28,315 bases of DNA, from the IMG/VR virus record IMGVR_UViG_3300032040_000041, positions 1-28,315 of that record. One strand, written 5' to 3'. This document shows, one piece after another, positions 9,901-16,494 of the stretch (its first letter is position 1; the number at the start of each line of letters is the position of its first letter). The notes beneath the pieces were generated by a model, which did not search any database, was not told where the DNA came from, and worked only from the letters and a program-made list of their open reading frames with translations. The stretch comes from a virus. Taxonomy: Duplodnaviria; Caudoviricetes. The translations under genes and the position numbers were made by a program.

Positions 9901-10877
9901 ACCTGCAACGCCCTGTGGCGCGCATGGTGTTTCAGTTCCAGCAGTTCCGAATCAACATGCTGGCCATGATGGCCACGGACATTAAGCGGGCGTTCAAGGG
10001 CGCCAACACGGTCGAAGAAAAAGCGGACCGCCGCGAGGCGTGGCGTGCGCTGGCGTACATGACCGGTGTCCAGCTGGTCACCACCGGCGCCGTTGGCTCC
10101 GTGCTGGCGCCTGTTGCGTTCCTGATACTGGACCTGCTCGCAGACGACGACGAACTGCTCAGTTCCCGGGAAGCCTTCGTGCAGTCCGTCCCCCAGTGGA
10201 TGAGCCAAGGGTTGCTGTCGTTTGGGGTGGACACTGCCCGGTTCGGCTTCGATACCCTGATACCGTTCATCGGCGGGTCGCGCTACATGCCTGTGCAGGA
10301 GTCTTCCGACGACAGCCTAGCGTGGCTGGTCACAAACAGCATCGGCCCGTGGGTGGGCCTCGGCCAGAACTTTGCCCGTGGGTGGGATGAATGGGGGTCT
10401 GGCGACTTCTGGGGCGGTATGAAGTACTTCTCTCCGAAGCTGTTCTCCGACTCGATTGGCGGTCTGTATAACTGGAACGAGCCGAACATGACCCGAGCCG
10501 ATGTTCCGTACTACACACCCAGCACGTTCGAGCGACTACTGAACATCTCGGGCCTCAAGTCTGGCGGGCAGGCGGAAGCGCAGTACGATCGTAACGCGGT
10601 CTACTCCGGTATGAAGCGGGCCAGCGTTCGTAAGCGCCAGATAGTTGGGTCGTTCAACCTAGCGCGTAACTCAGAAGAGATCAGAGACGCTATGGCGGAG
10701 GCGGTAGCCTTCAACGAAGTTAACCCCGAGATACCCATAAAGATGTCGGCGTTCAAGTCCTCGGGCGTGCGCCGCCAAGAGCAAATAGTCAACGCGGAGA
10801 ACGTAGGGGCACCAATCAGCGGCAGCAGCGACAGCAGCGGCTTGGCGCTGGCCAGACGACTGAGGGAGGGCAACTAA
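3987..10877 (+). CDS. Giant internal virion/ejection protein, PLxRFG-domain type, with HExxH zincin-like motif (2,296 aa)
   Basis: TAATG-coupled at both ends. Gly/Ala-rich hydrophobic N-terminal segments; HERAH (7470-7484) with downstream AAEE; YSPLQRHGDYF (PLxRFG variant, 8736-8762); C-terminal TQFDYS..NKP...FQFQQF region and hydrophobic segments typical of this family. Confidence 0.8.
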   Translation: MAVQPQGRYFSSDQLAQMSERITAERAAGVTAEQRRKSNLQRALTDQELNRDRTLGEVASDSGLAGLQGVVDLGSAAYGIGNIATGGGLEAVTGLSDNFAQTGGLLEGAKTNQLQYEKMMAGQAFENEGLVSGAAAYLSSPGLIADLLIRSAPSMAPAIGFGSVAARAAGGRALERGATSLTAGKAASTAAGRAATGATAAQVGGMSYTDAYNQAIREGLSEGEATAKAYQTAAIVAPATAATMLVPGLGPAAIEGQAIARLFGGEGVKTGVRAGVGAIGGVGEATAKETVQETLQGTSEQAALNLASVERNVTDNLGQAAVVSAIAGGGMGLGVGLARAPSSLRTELDTLRTDTAEDLGDPSLGLSEIEKSDAEKQGLDTPAYLRRNARRQAEGFVPGGKDLLGGDLPAPPESVDLAPAIPSDFVDVGNATGQGVLEIDEAAQPPLPEVGTDESLTAQELLEAQDYFSALGSTGNADAQSLMPIVREIETNTDNELEESIQITELFNPRVRDALDMGELTEDSVIRGVESLRAQGVVPPRSESPTTQKLRESVTTPPTGITEADLIAAPLESAASKAFKAYQRGLAQRTAAPPPDAAPSGTSESTSQTIDRVLGITQRTGVRQGDLLTGEQVSAQQQSSAQEAYIASSFTDSGRVDTSGNPIYTQYDRGLQTQVEVPYQQVQSEAQEFVRQRTAEPALLWKETLSKDLGLPPNTALRGKGWTAFATLVNEAGLRPTDDNVAPELVQVTEALTRQELPPSKFIERLSEKYGPGSDIDQSLAPTRKPASKPSTSGKPSTKATGRNWKQYLAKTLGLKPTQMRGKAWDTFDALVTERGIRPDDEGAEAFLQEASAAIDAPPESAPAFAAALRTAYPVAEDLEITVPTTQEEFAEPGASEATQDLESLPQSPLREIDGEKFETQAELVGYFVDTFAGYADSLTREFSKEPTFIKKELAALFKKMVNEVRTPQDLPALVKAVYAQMQFRGFTPIQRRKSLYEPVAAVTRKFMGDALTVEELNNAFLPLSREILDDRTSTFPDRQDTGVLREIDESLTRYYGDRIDMMLEDPANPNNTIKFSRTGDGTVSTADPLSSGKVDRAVRRANALAELGEKQITVYDTVAEAEAATGTSLPPDTNGVYYNGEAAVIRENITTVEQLADTMMHERAHGGLEGLLGAERLRAVNSRLWSNPALRSRIKTKMDALQLTRQDAAEEVLVDMIVGRETMSKSIFSKIRAAINRTAEALVGQAGYTFTNADINALLLDTADYMRGGQTYAQGEPIGGYVNKLSELEAAIRGDVIPSSPKFSVAGIALENATRTGEASLDGMKKASAALGDAVRSAIKDKTFKPLADLTPPAATRLNQHVMDFMPLRALKRHYKGTLDVVKIDGEGNETRVDTVGTHADLVRRKETSFNKELHELRDYVYTGADGKKETMNTSAQVVAESWSEFRTKSPIKARELDQMNNRATTYKLHPDRSWDKQSKLDHTKLPYTDAERRAQFDKLRANWGAVGEQGHTLYKQSQAIYVKSWTDRFKALEAAILRESGLERTLVDPDTGQEVRNKQWVAKWKSIIDTSIRKLGEGPYSPLQRHGDYFITVRDESGGVLHFSAYDTEREAMITADRLRESRTDPTIKVQYSVRKNFDQAMDGMNRKVYANMQASLDSAFPGTDGTDSASRNSARDALKSVYLQQLEDSNILKHGMKRKFVDGASLDTLRGFTSYALKASRSLSSMRYDHRIEDNMRDMERAIDPDGSPQKVSTQSGVYEAVRRQHKAAVDYEYSRVADLVTQTGFVYWMTSPAQMALNASQTALVTVPRLAAKYNAAGAAKAIATATVKFMGTKRFRGMHDPESTTLDPNSAHYRVMRELFDRGVLDFTLSHDMSGLARGDSFGMNSKKRTALQWMSTFMHSSEVANREIAAYASVEMEMQQRGITSESLATMDPETQRKTLDELTDVAEEFVDTTQFDYSQSNKPKNLQRPVARMVFQFQQFRINMLAMMATDIKRAFKGANTVEEKADRREAWRALAYMTGVQLVTTGAVGSVLAPVAFLILDLLADDDELLSSREAFVQSVPQWMSQGLLSFGVDTARFGFDTLIPFIGGSRYMPVQESSDDSLAWLVTNSIGPWVGLGQNFARGWDEWGSGDFWGGMKYFSPKLFSDSIGGLYNWNEPNMTRADVPYYTPSTFERLLNISGLKSGGQAEAQYDRNAVYSGMKRASVRKRQIVGSFNLARNSEEIRDAMAEAVAFNEVNPEIPIKMSAFKSSGVRRQEQIVNAENVGAPISGSSDSSGLALARRLREGN

Positions 10878-12103
10878 TGCCTGTGGCAGAAGTATCACTG
10901 AGCGGGTGGGTGAACGGGATTAACAACCTGTCCCCTGCCAACCGTTTGCCCGAGGGATTCGTTCGTGACCTGATGAACCTCGACCCCGTGGGTGGCAACT
11001 TCGAGATGCGCACCGGCTACGAGAAAGTCGTGGCGGGTACAGCCTGTCGTGCGGTCATGTCGCTCGGGGATCGAGTGCTGTTCGTGGACGGCACCGGCCT
11101 CTTTGAGATGGACCTGTCCACCAACGCTACTCGTACGCTGCGCACGGTGGCAGGGGCGGGGGCAGTAGCCTCGTGCACTCACGCAGGGGAGCTGTTTATA
11201 TCGACAGCGAACGAGACGCTGCGCTATGACGGGCAGACGCTTCGGGAGTGGGGGGTGCGTGACGTCACGGGTCAGCCGCTGGTGAGTATCACCGGCCGAT
11301 CATGGGCGATTGCCCGTGGCGAGAAACCCGGCCGCCGCCTGTACGCCATGACTTACACAAACCAGTACGGCGAGGAGGGGGGCACAGTGTCCGCCGCCGA
11401 CGTGCCGGATGGGGGGTATGCATTCACTATTCCGCCCCTCGCCGCGGGGCTCAAAGCAAACCTGTACGTGTCCCCGCTGAACGGCAGGACGCTTTACCTA
11501 CAGGGCACCTACGAGGCAGCGGGGACTGTATCGGTTAACCGCCCCGTGGATGACACGCGGAGCCTTGCCACCATGCACATGTACAAGCCGCTGCCCGGGG
11601 CGCACCTAGCTTCGTGGCGGGGCGCGCTGCTTATTGCGTATGGCGGGGTACTGCAGGTCACCCACCCGCTCTCCCCGCACCTAGTTTCAAGGGACACAGC
11701 GTTCTTCCAGTACCCCCGCGGCATCGAGATGCTACTGGCGGGGGAGCGGTCGGTGTACCTGAGCGCCGACAAGGTGTATCAACTCACCGACCCAGACACC
11801 GCTGAGCCTAAACAGTCCACAGTAACTGACTACCCCGCGGTTGCAGGAACAGGTACTATACTACCAGACGGCCGAGCCGTGTGGCTTACGAGGTATGGCA
11901 TGAGCATAGAAAGCCCAGACGCCCGCGAAGGAATCGTACAACCGAACCGGCAGACGTTTGCGCCGGAGGAAGCTGGGCGGGGCGCCAGCGGTGTTGTGGA
12001 CAACAACGGCAACGAGATGGTTGTCACCACCCTGAGAGACAGCAGCGGCGCCAACACGCTGGTGGCTCAAGACTACTTTGAAGCGGAGGTTATACGCCCA
12101 TGA
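10877..12103 (+). CDS. Tail protein, probable nozzle / tail tubular protein B-like (beta-propeller-type)
   Basis: 408 aa. N-terminal GWVNGINN...LPEGFVRDLMNLD...G.FEMRTGY pattern resembles podovirus nozzle N-termini; repeated short beta-strand patterns; YAMTYTNQYGEEG Ig-like insert. Confidence 0.6.
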   Translation: MPVAEVSLSGWVNGINNLSPANRLPEGFVRDLMNLDPVGGNFEMRTGYEKVVAGTACRAVMSLGDRVLFVDGTGLFEMDLSTNATRTLRTVAGAGAVASCTHAGELFISTANETLRYDGQTLREWGVRDVTGQPLVSITGRSWAIARGEKPGRRLYAMTYTNQYGEEGGTVSAADVPDGGYAFTIPPLAAGLKANLYVSPLNGRTLYLQGTYEAAGTVSVNRPVDDTRSLATMHMYKPLPGAHLASWRGALLIAYGGVLQVTHPLSPHLVSRDTAFFQYPRGIEMLLAGERSVYLSADKVYQLTDPDTAEPKQSTVTDYPAVAGTGTILPDGRAVWLTRYGMSIESPDAREGIVQPNRQTFAPEEAGRGASGVVDNNGNEMVVTTLRDSSGANTLVAQDYFEAEVIRP

Positions 12104-12606
12104 CGATCCTCGGGACCGGGCTAGTTTATAAAATAGAGCTCATTAATCACGGCGTGGTTACTGAGTCCAGCATCGAGCACAACATTCTACCCCAGCAGTC
12201 GGTGGACCACATCGCCAGCTTGATTCGGGGCGGGGGCGCGACACCGATCTCCGGTTGGTACCTCGGGCTGTTCGAGAACAACTACGTGGCGGACAGCTCA
12301 GTCACTGCGGCTGACCTACAGGCCACCGTGGGCGAGTCCACGGCGTACACCCAGACTGCCCGCCTCCCATGGACAAACGCTTACGACGGCGTCGGGTTCA
12401 TTGGTAACGCGTCCAGCACGGCCGAGTTTGCGATGAACGCCAGCAAGACAATCTACGGTGCGTTCATTGTGTCCAACGCTACTAAGGGCGGAACCGCCGG
12501 CATCCTGCTGTCGCTGGCGCGGTTCAGTACGGCCAAGGTGGTCGAAAACGGAACGGTCCTGCGGATCACCGCTGGCCTATCGCTCACTCCTACGAACCCG
12601 CTGTGA
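12100..12606 (+). CDS. Small virion structural protein (168 aa)
   Basis: ATGA overlap with the upstream gene. Ser/Thr/Ala/Gly-rich beta protein (WYLGLF, TIYGAFIVS) in the tail cluster. Confidence 0.7.
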   Translation: MTILGTGLVYKIELINHGVVTESSIEHNILPQQSVDHIASLIRGGGATPISGWYLGLFENNYVADSSVTAADLQATVGESTAYTQTARLPWTNAYDGVGFIGNASSTAEFAMNASKTIYGAFIVSNATKGGTAGILLSLARFSTAKVVENGTVLRITAGLSLTPTNPL

Positions 12607-12614
12607 GGTAAGAC

Positions 12615-13013
12615 ATGAACGTATCAGAGTTTTCATCCGAGCAGCTGGTTAAACTGCTGTTCACAAGCGTCGCCCTCGGCACGCGCCCGACCGCTTGGTA
12701 TGTGGCGCTGCACACCGGTGACCCTACGCTGGATGGTTCGGACAACGAAGTGGCTGACACCAACTACGCGCGCCAGTCTGCGACGTTTGCAGCTGACCAG
12801 CCTGTAGTCGACGGCCCGTGGCGTGTACGTAACGCAGCTGATGTTGTGTTCCCCGCCGCAGCCGCCGCGTTCACCGTGACCTATGTGTCTGTGTTCGACG
12901 ATGTCGCCGGTGGTAACGCCCTTGCTATCTTCCAGCTTCCGTTGTCGCGGGCGGTGGGCGCCAGCGGCGTGTTCTCCATCCCCATCAACGAGCTGGTAAT
13001 CACAGGAGAGTAA
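12615..13013 (+). CDS. Small virion/tail-associated protein (132 aa)
   Basis: RBS GAGGT. The WYVALHTGDP..G..NEV....YARQS..F...N...V.FP motif is common in small phage tail-associated proteins. Confidence 0.75.
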   Translation: MNVSEFSSEQLVKLLFTSVALGTRPTAWYVALHTGDPTLDGSDNEVADTNYARQSATFAADQPVVDGPWRVRNAADVVFPAAAAAFTVTYVSVFDDVAGGNALAIFQLPLSRAVGASGVFSIPINELVITGE

Positions 13014-13014
13014 T

Positions 13015-13455
13015 ATGTCCACAATAAGCACGGCGTTGCGTAACCACCTAATGACCATCGGCTCGTTCAAGGCCGGTGCGGACGGCAGCGTCCTGAGAAT
13101 TTACTCCGGCACCCCGCCGGCTACCCCCGACGCTGCAGTACCCGGCGCCGCAGTGCTGCTGTGCTTAGTGTCTGTAAACAGCACTGGCACGGGCCTCACG
13201 TTTGAAGCCTCCGCGAACGCGGGGCTGCTACTGAAGTCCGCTGGTGAAGTCTGGTCAGGTGTTAACGCAGCCACAGGTACGGCAGCGTGGTATCGGGTCG
13301 TGACGTCTGCAGACGATGGCACCGCCTCCACTTCGGCCGTGCGCATGCAGGGTACCGCGGGGCTTGCCGGAGCGGACCTGAACATGACCAGTGTCAACTT
13401 GGTCTCCGGCGCTACGCAGACAGTGGACTACTTCTCGGTGCTGATGCCAGCGTAA
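13015..13455 (+). CDS. Small virion structural protein (146 aa)
   Basis: RBS GGAG. Motifs LRIYSGTPPATPDAA, GTAAWYR and MQGTAG..GADLNM match a common small phage structural family. Confidence 0.75.
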   Translation: MSTISTALRNHLMTIGSFKAGADGSVLRIYSGTPPATPDAAVPGAAVLLCLVSVNSTGTGLTFEASANAGLLLKSAGEVWSGVNAATGTAAWYRVVTSADDGTASTSAVRMQGTAGLAGADLNMTSVNLVSGATQTVDYFSVLMPA

Positions 13456-13465
13456 AGGGGCCGAC

Positions 13466-15523
13466 GTGACCAACAAGCTGATAAGGCCGGTTACCAAACA
13501 GTACATCCCGGGTGTCGCGGCTATACCGCCGACGCCTGCGCGGTGCTACACCCAGACGATAACCCGCACCACGTCGGGGAGCGTGAGCACGACCAGCACG
13601 TTTGTCTCCTTGGCCGACGGTGCGAACCAGTCGTTCGGCGGGTTCGCTACTCCAGTGTTCCGGCAGGTCCCGCCCTACACCGACGCGTTTGGTAACTTCG
13701 TAACCCGAGAGCTTGTGGGGTGGGACGCCCTTCGGTTCGCCCCGGCCAACCCGGTATATACCGAGAGCACGGAAACGATATGCACGCCAGCGGTGCTCGG
13801 CCGGGAAGGCGTGGCGGCCCAGCTTACTCTACAGAACGCCGGCCCCGACTGGCGGGCCTCGGCGCGGAGCATTGAGCGCCGGACGGGGGATGCCACCGCT
13901 GCGTTCGACGTAGGCAACAGTCCTCGGATACTTATAGGGTTATCCACCCGTGATACCGGCGCCGACCAGAGCGACGTCCGCATGGGCGTGGCGTTTGTCG
14001 CCGCTGGACAGACTACTCAGATTATCCCTATAAACTCGGGGGTGCAGCAGGCAGCTGTGGGCACGTTTACCAACGGTGGCCGCATCGTGCTGTCCCGCGT
14101 AGGTGACAGGTTCTTCATACAGTCTGGTGGCACTCTGGTGTACTCCGCCCCCGCGTCAACGCTAGAGCCAGTATACCTAGACGCCATGCTGTACACCTCA
14201 AGCGACTTCGTGAACAACCCAGAGTTCAGCACGCCCATTTCAGCCTCGGTGTCAGGGCGCGTTGGTTTTACCGCTGGGCTGAGCACGCGCACCGGTGTAC
14301 CGCAGTCGCTGGGTTTCGCCGGCGTCGCGGGCACATTGGTTGACGGCATCGCGCGGGTGTCCGTAGCAGGTCGCGTTGGGTACACGGGTGTTGTGCTCAC
14401 CGCCCTCGGGCAAGAGGCGTCAGTATCCGGGCGGGTCGGATTTACCGGCGTGCTACGCACCGGCGTGGCGTTGCTCGATGGGTCCTACGGCGGCGCCGAG
14501 GCGTTTAACTCCGGGCTTACGTCCGCGGCTATTACGGTCGGGCCGCTGAGTACCTTCGCGGCCGACAAGCCGTACACTGCCGGCGCTACCGTCCTCTCCT
14601 CCATTGCCGTGGAAGGTAGGACGGGCGAGGTTAGCCAGACCGTCGACGGGGCAGACATTGTGCTCGCCCCACCGGTGAGCTACGCAACGATGCAGACGGG
14701 CGGGATTATTACTGGTCAGCTGGTTCTGCAAAGCCTGCGTTCCTTGGCGGCTGACCGACCTTACGCCGGCGCTACCATGACTCTGCCTACGCTCCTTGTG
14801 TATGGCGACGACGGGTTCGGCGACCCTAACTACTACGGTCACAACGAGGGGCTGGAACTATCCGCCCCTATGTACACAGACCCTAGCCTGTTCGCCAGTA
14901 TTTACGAGACGCTGGAACTTGAGACTGAGATGTCTCTGGCCGTGATAGTGTCGGGTACGGTCTTCGAGGGGCTGATACTCGACCCGTCGCTGAGCGTTAC
15001 AGATTTCCTGTACGCGATGATCGAGTCCGGCGTCAGCCTCAGCAGCGCCACCCAGATGCCCGACCCGTCGGTGGCCCAGTACGCGTTCAACTCGCTTACC
15101 GGCGCAGCGACACGGTACTCGGACTTCGGGTTTACCCAGTTCACCAGAGTCGGTGGGGCTACCTACGCGGTTAAGCCCGACGGCCTGTACCGGTTGCGCA
15201 CCGGTGACGACGACGGCCTACCCCGCTCAGCACTGGTGGACTTCGGTACCATGGCGTTCGGCGCGCAGCAGCGCAAGAACATCGAGACAATGTATCTGGG
15301 TATGACGACCGACGGCACCGTGTACGCCAAGCTAAAAGCGGACGGCGGGAACGAGAAGATTTACCACGTCATCCAGCGTGAGCCCACCATGCGCGTGCGC
15401 ACAGGCAAGGGCCTCACTGCACGTGAGTGGAGCCTGAAGCTGGAAGTAGTGGACGCCACACGAGTAGACTTAGACACTGTGGATTTTGTCGTCGGGGCGT
15501 CGGTCAGACGCTGGACGCGGTAA
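13466..15523 (+). CDS. Multidomain tail protein (685 aa) with a putative lectin/SPRY-like domain and internal repeats
   Basis: GTG start, RBS AAGGGG. Beta-sandwich-like segment WRASARS...VYLDAMLY; SVSGRVGFT repeats; conserved-looking C-terminal domain (YAFNSLTGAATRYSDFGF...VDFG). Confidence 0.65.
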   Translation: MTNKLIRPVTKQYIPGVAAIPPTPARCYTQTITRTTSGSVSTTSTFVSLADGANQSFGGFATPVFRQVPPYTDAFGNFVTRELVGWDALRFAPANPVYTESTETICTPAVLGREGVAAQLTLQNAGPDWRASARSIERRTGDATAAFDVGNSPRILIGLSTRDTGADQSDVRMGVAFVAAGQTTQIIPINSGVQQAAVGTFTNGGRIVLSRVGDRFFIQSGGTLVYSAPASTLEPVYLDAMLYTSSDFVNNPEFSTPISASVSGRVGFTAGLSTRTGVPQSLGFAGVAGTLVDGIARVSVAGRVGYTGVVLTALGQEASVSGRVGFTGVLRTGVALLDGSYGGAEAFNSGLTSAAITVGPLSTFAADKPYTAGATVLSSIAVEGRTGEVSQTVDGADIVLAPPVSYATMQTGGIITGQLVLQSLRSLAADRPYAGATMTLPTLLVYGDDGFGDPNYYGHNEGLELSAPMYTDPSLFASIYETLELETEMSLAVIVSGTVFEGLILDPSLSVTDFLYAMIESGVSLSSATQMPDPSVAQYAFNSLTGAATRYSDFGFTQFTRVGGATYAVKPDGLYRLRTGDDDGLPRSALVDFGTMAFGAQQRKNIETMYLGMTTDGTVYAKLKADGGNEKIYHVIQREPTMRVRTGKGLTAREWSLKLEVVDATRVDLDTVDFVVGASVRRWTR
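14246..14449 (+). repeat. Protein-level repeat S-V-[SA]-G-R-V-G-[FY]-T, 3 copies plus one degenerate copy
   Basis: SVSGRVGFTAG (14246), SVAGRVGYTG (14360), SVSGRVGFTG (14420) and degenerate GVPQSLGFAG between the first two. The DNA differs at synonymous sites. Confidence 0.8.
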
Positions 15524-15540
15524 CTAACGGGGAGTGACCC

Positions 15541-16494
15541 ATGGCGGATAGCCAACAGACGTACGACAATACCAGCGGGTTCCTGCAGCAGCACGCGAGC
15601 GACGCCCTGCGGGAGGCGAGTAACGCCGCCCGGCGGATTTCGGCCCAAATGCCGCCGGCCATGAGCTACCCTCGACCGAACGTAGGCCTGAACAAGCCGG
15701 CCATAGAGCCGCCGCTAAAGTTCTCTGACCTGTTCCCCGACGCTGACGGTACCGCAGAAGAGGTGGAGCGGCTGGACGATGAGGTAAATGGGTGGTTGAA
15801 AGAGTACTTCCCGTCAATCACCGACTCCCTGAAGGACGTGCCAGACGAGTGGCTGTCTAACATTATCTCGGGGGACAACCCCTTCGGGTTGCACGAGTCC
15901 GTGTTTGAGGCGGTGTGGCACAACTCCCGCGACCGCGAAGAGCGAGGGCTCCGGTCGGAGCGTGCGTCGCTGGCGGCAGAGTACTCTGCTCGTGGGTTCT
16001 CTATTCCCCCGGGGGCGATGGTAGCCGCTTTGGACAAAGCCAGTCAGCGGGCGTCTGAGGCCGTGCAGGAGGTGAACCGCACGGAGACTATCCGCAACGA
16101 AGAGGTCAAGCTGCAGCTTCTGCAGTTCGCTGTGCAGGAAGCTAGCCGGTACAAGATGGCCATTATGTCTTCGCTCGCTGAGTTCTACCGCGTGTGGGTC
16201 ACCATCCCAGACAAGGACATTGAGCGAGTCCGGGTGCGCGCGCAGGCGTACAGCTCCCTGTACTCCGCGCTGAGCACGTACTACAACGTCGAAATTTCCT
16301 TCGAAGAGCTGCGCTTGCGCGCAGAGACCGGCGACGTGGATGCCCAGCTGGCGACAGACCGAAATAAGGTCGCCCTGTTCGCTGCCAACGGCGCGGCGTC
16401 TGCGCTCGGTAGCGCAGTGCGCGGCTTCTCCGACATATCCGCCGGCGCCGCAAACGCAGCGGGTTCACTGGTCGCCCAGATCGAGTCGATATGA
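15541..16494 (+). CDS. Putative internal/virion protein, alpha-helical (317 aa)
   Basis: RBS GGGGAG. Coiled-coil-like sequence with ARGFSIPPG motif and an Ala/Gly-rich C-terminus; within the structural operon. Confidence 0.65.
   Translation: MADSQQTYDNTSGFLQQHASDALREASNAARRISAQMPPAMSYPRPNVGLNKPAIEPPLKFSDLFPDADGTAEEVERLDDEVNGWLKEYFPSITDSLKDVPDEWLSNIISGDNPFGLHESVFEAVWHNSRDREERGLRSERASLAAEYSARGFSIPPGAMVAALDKASQRASEAVQEVNRTETIRNEEVKLQLLQFAVQEASRYKMAIMSSLAEFYRVWVTIPDKDIERVRVRAQAYSSLYSALSTYYNVEISFEELRLRAETGDVDAQLATDRNKVALFAANGAASALGSAVRGFSDISAGAANAAGSLVAQIESI

Noticed and set aside
3987-10877. Giant ORF as an N4-like virion RNA polymerase or a tape measure protein
   Set aside because: No T7-type RNAP catalytic motifs recognised and it is much shorter than N4 vRNAP; no tail tube, sheath or tail chaperone genes. 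The PLxRFG and HExxH motifs fit an internal/ejection protein.
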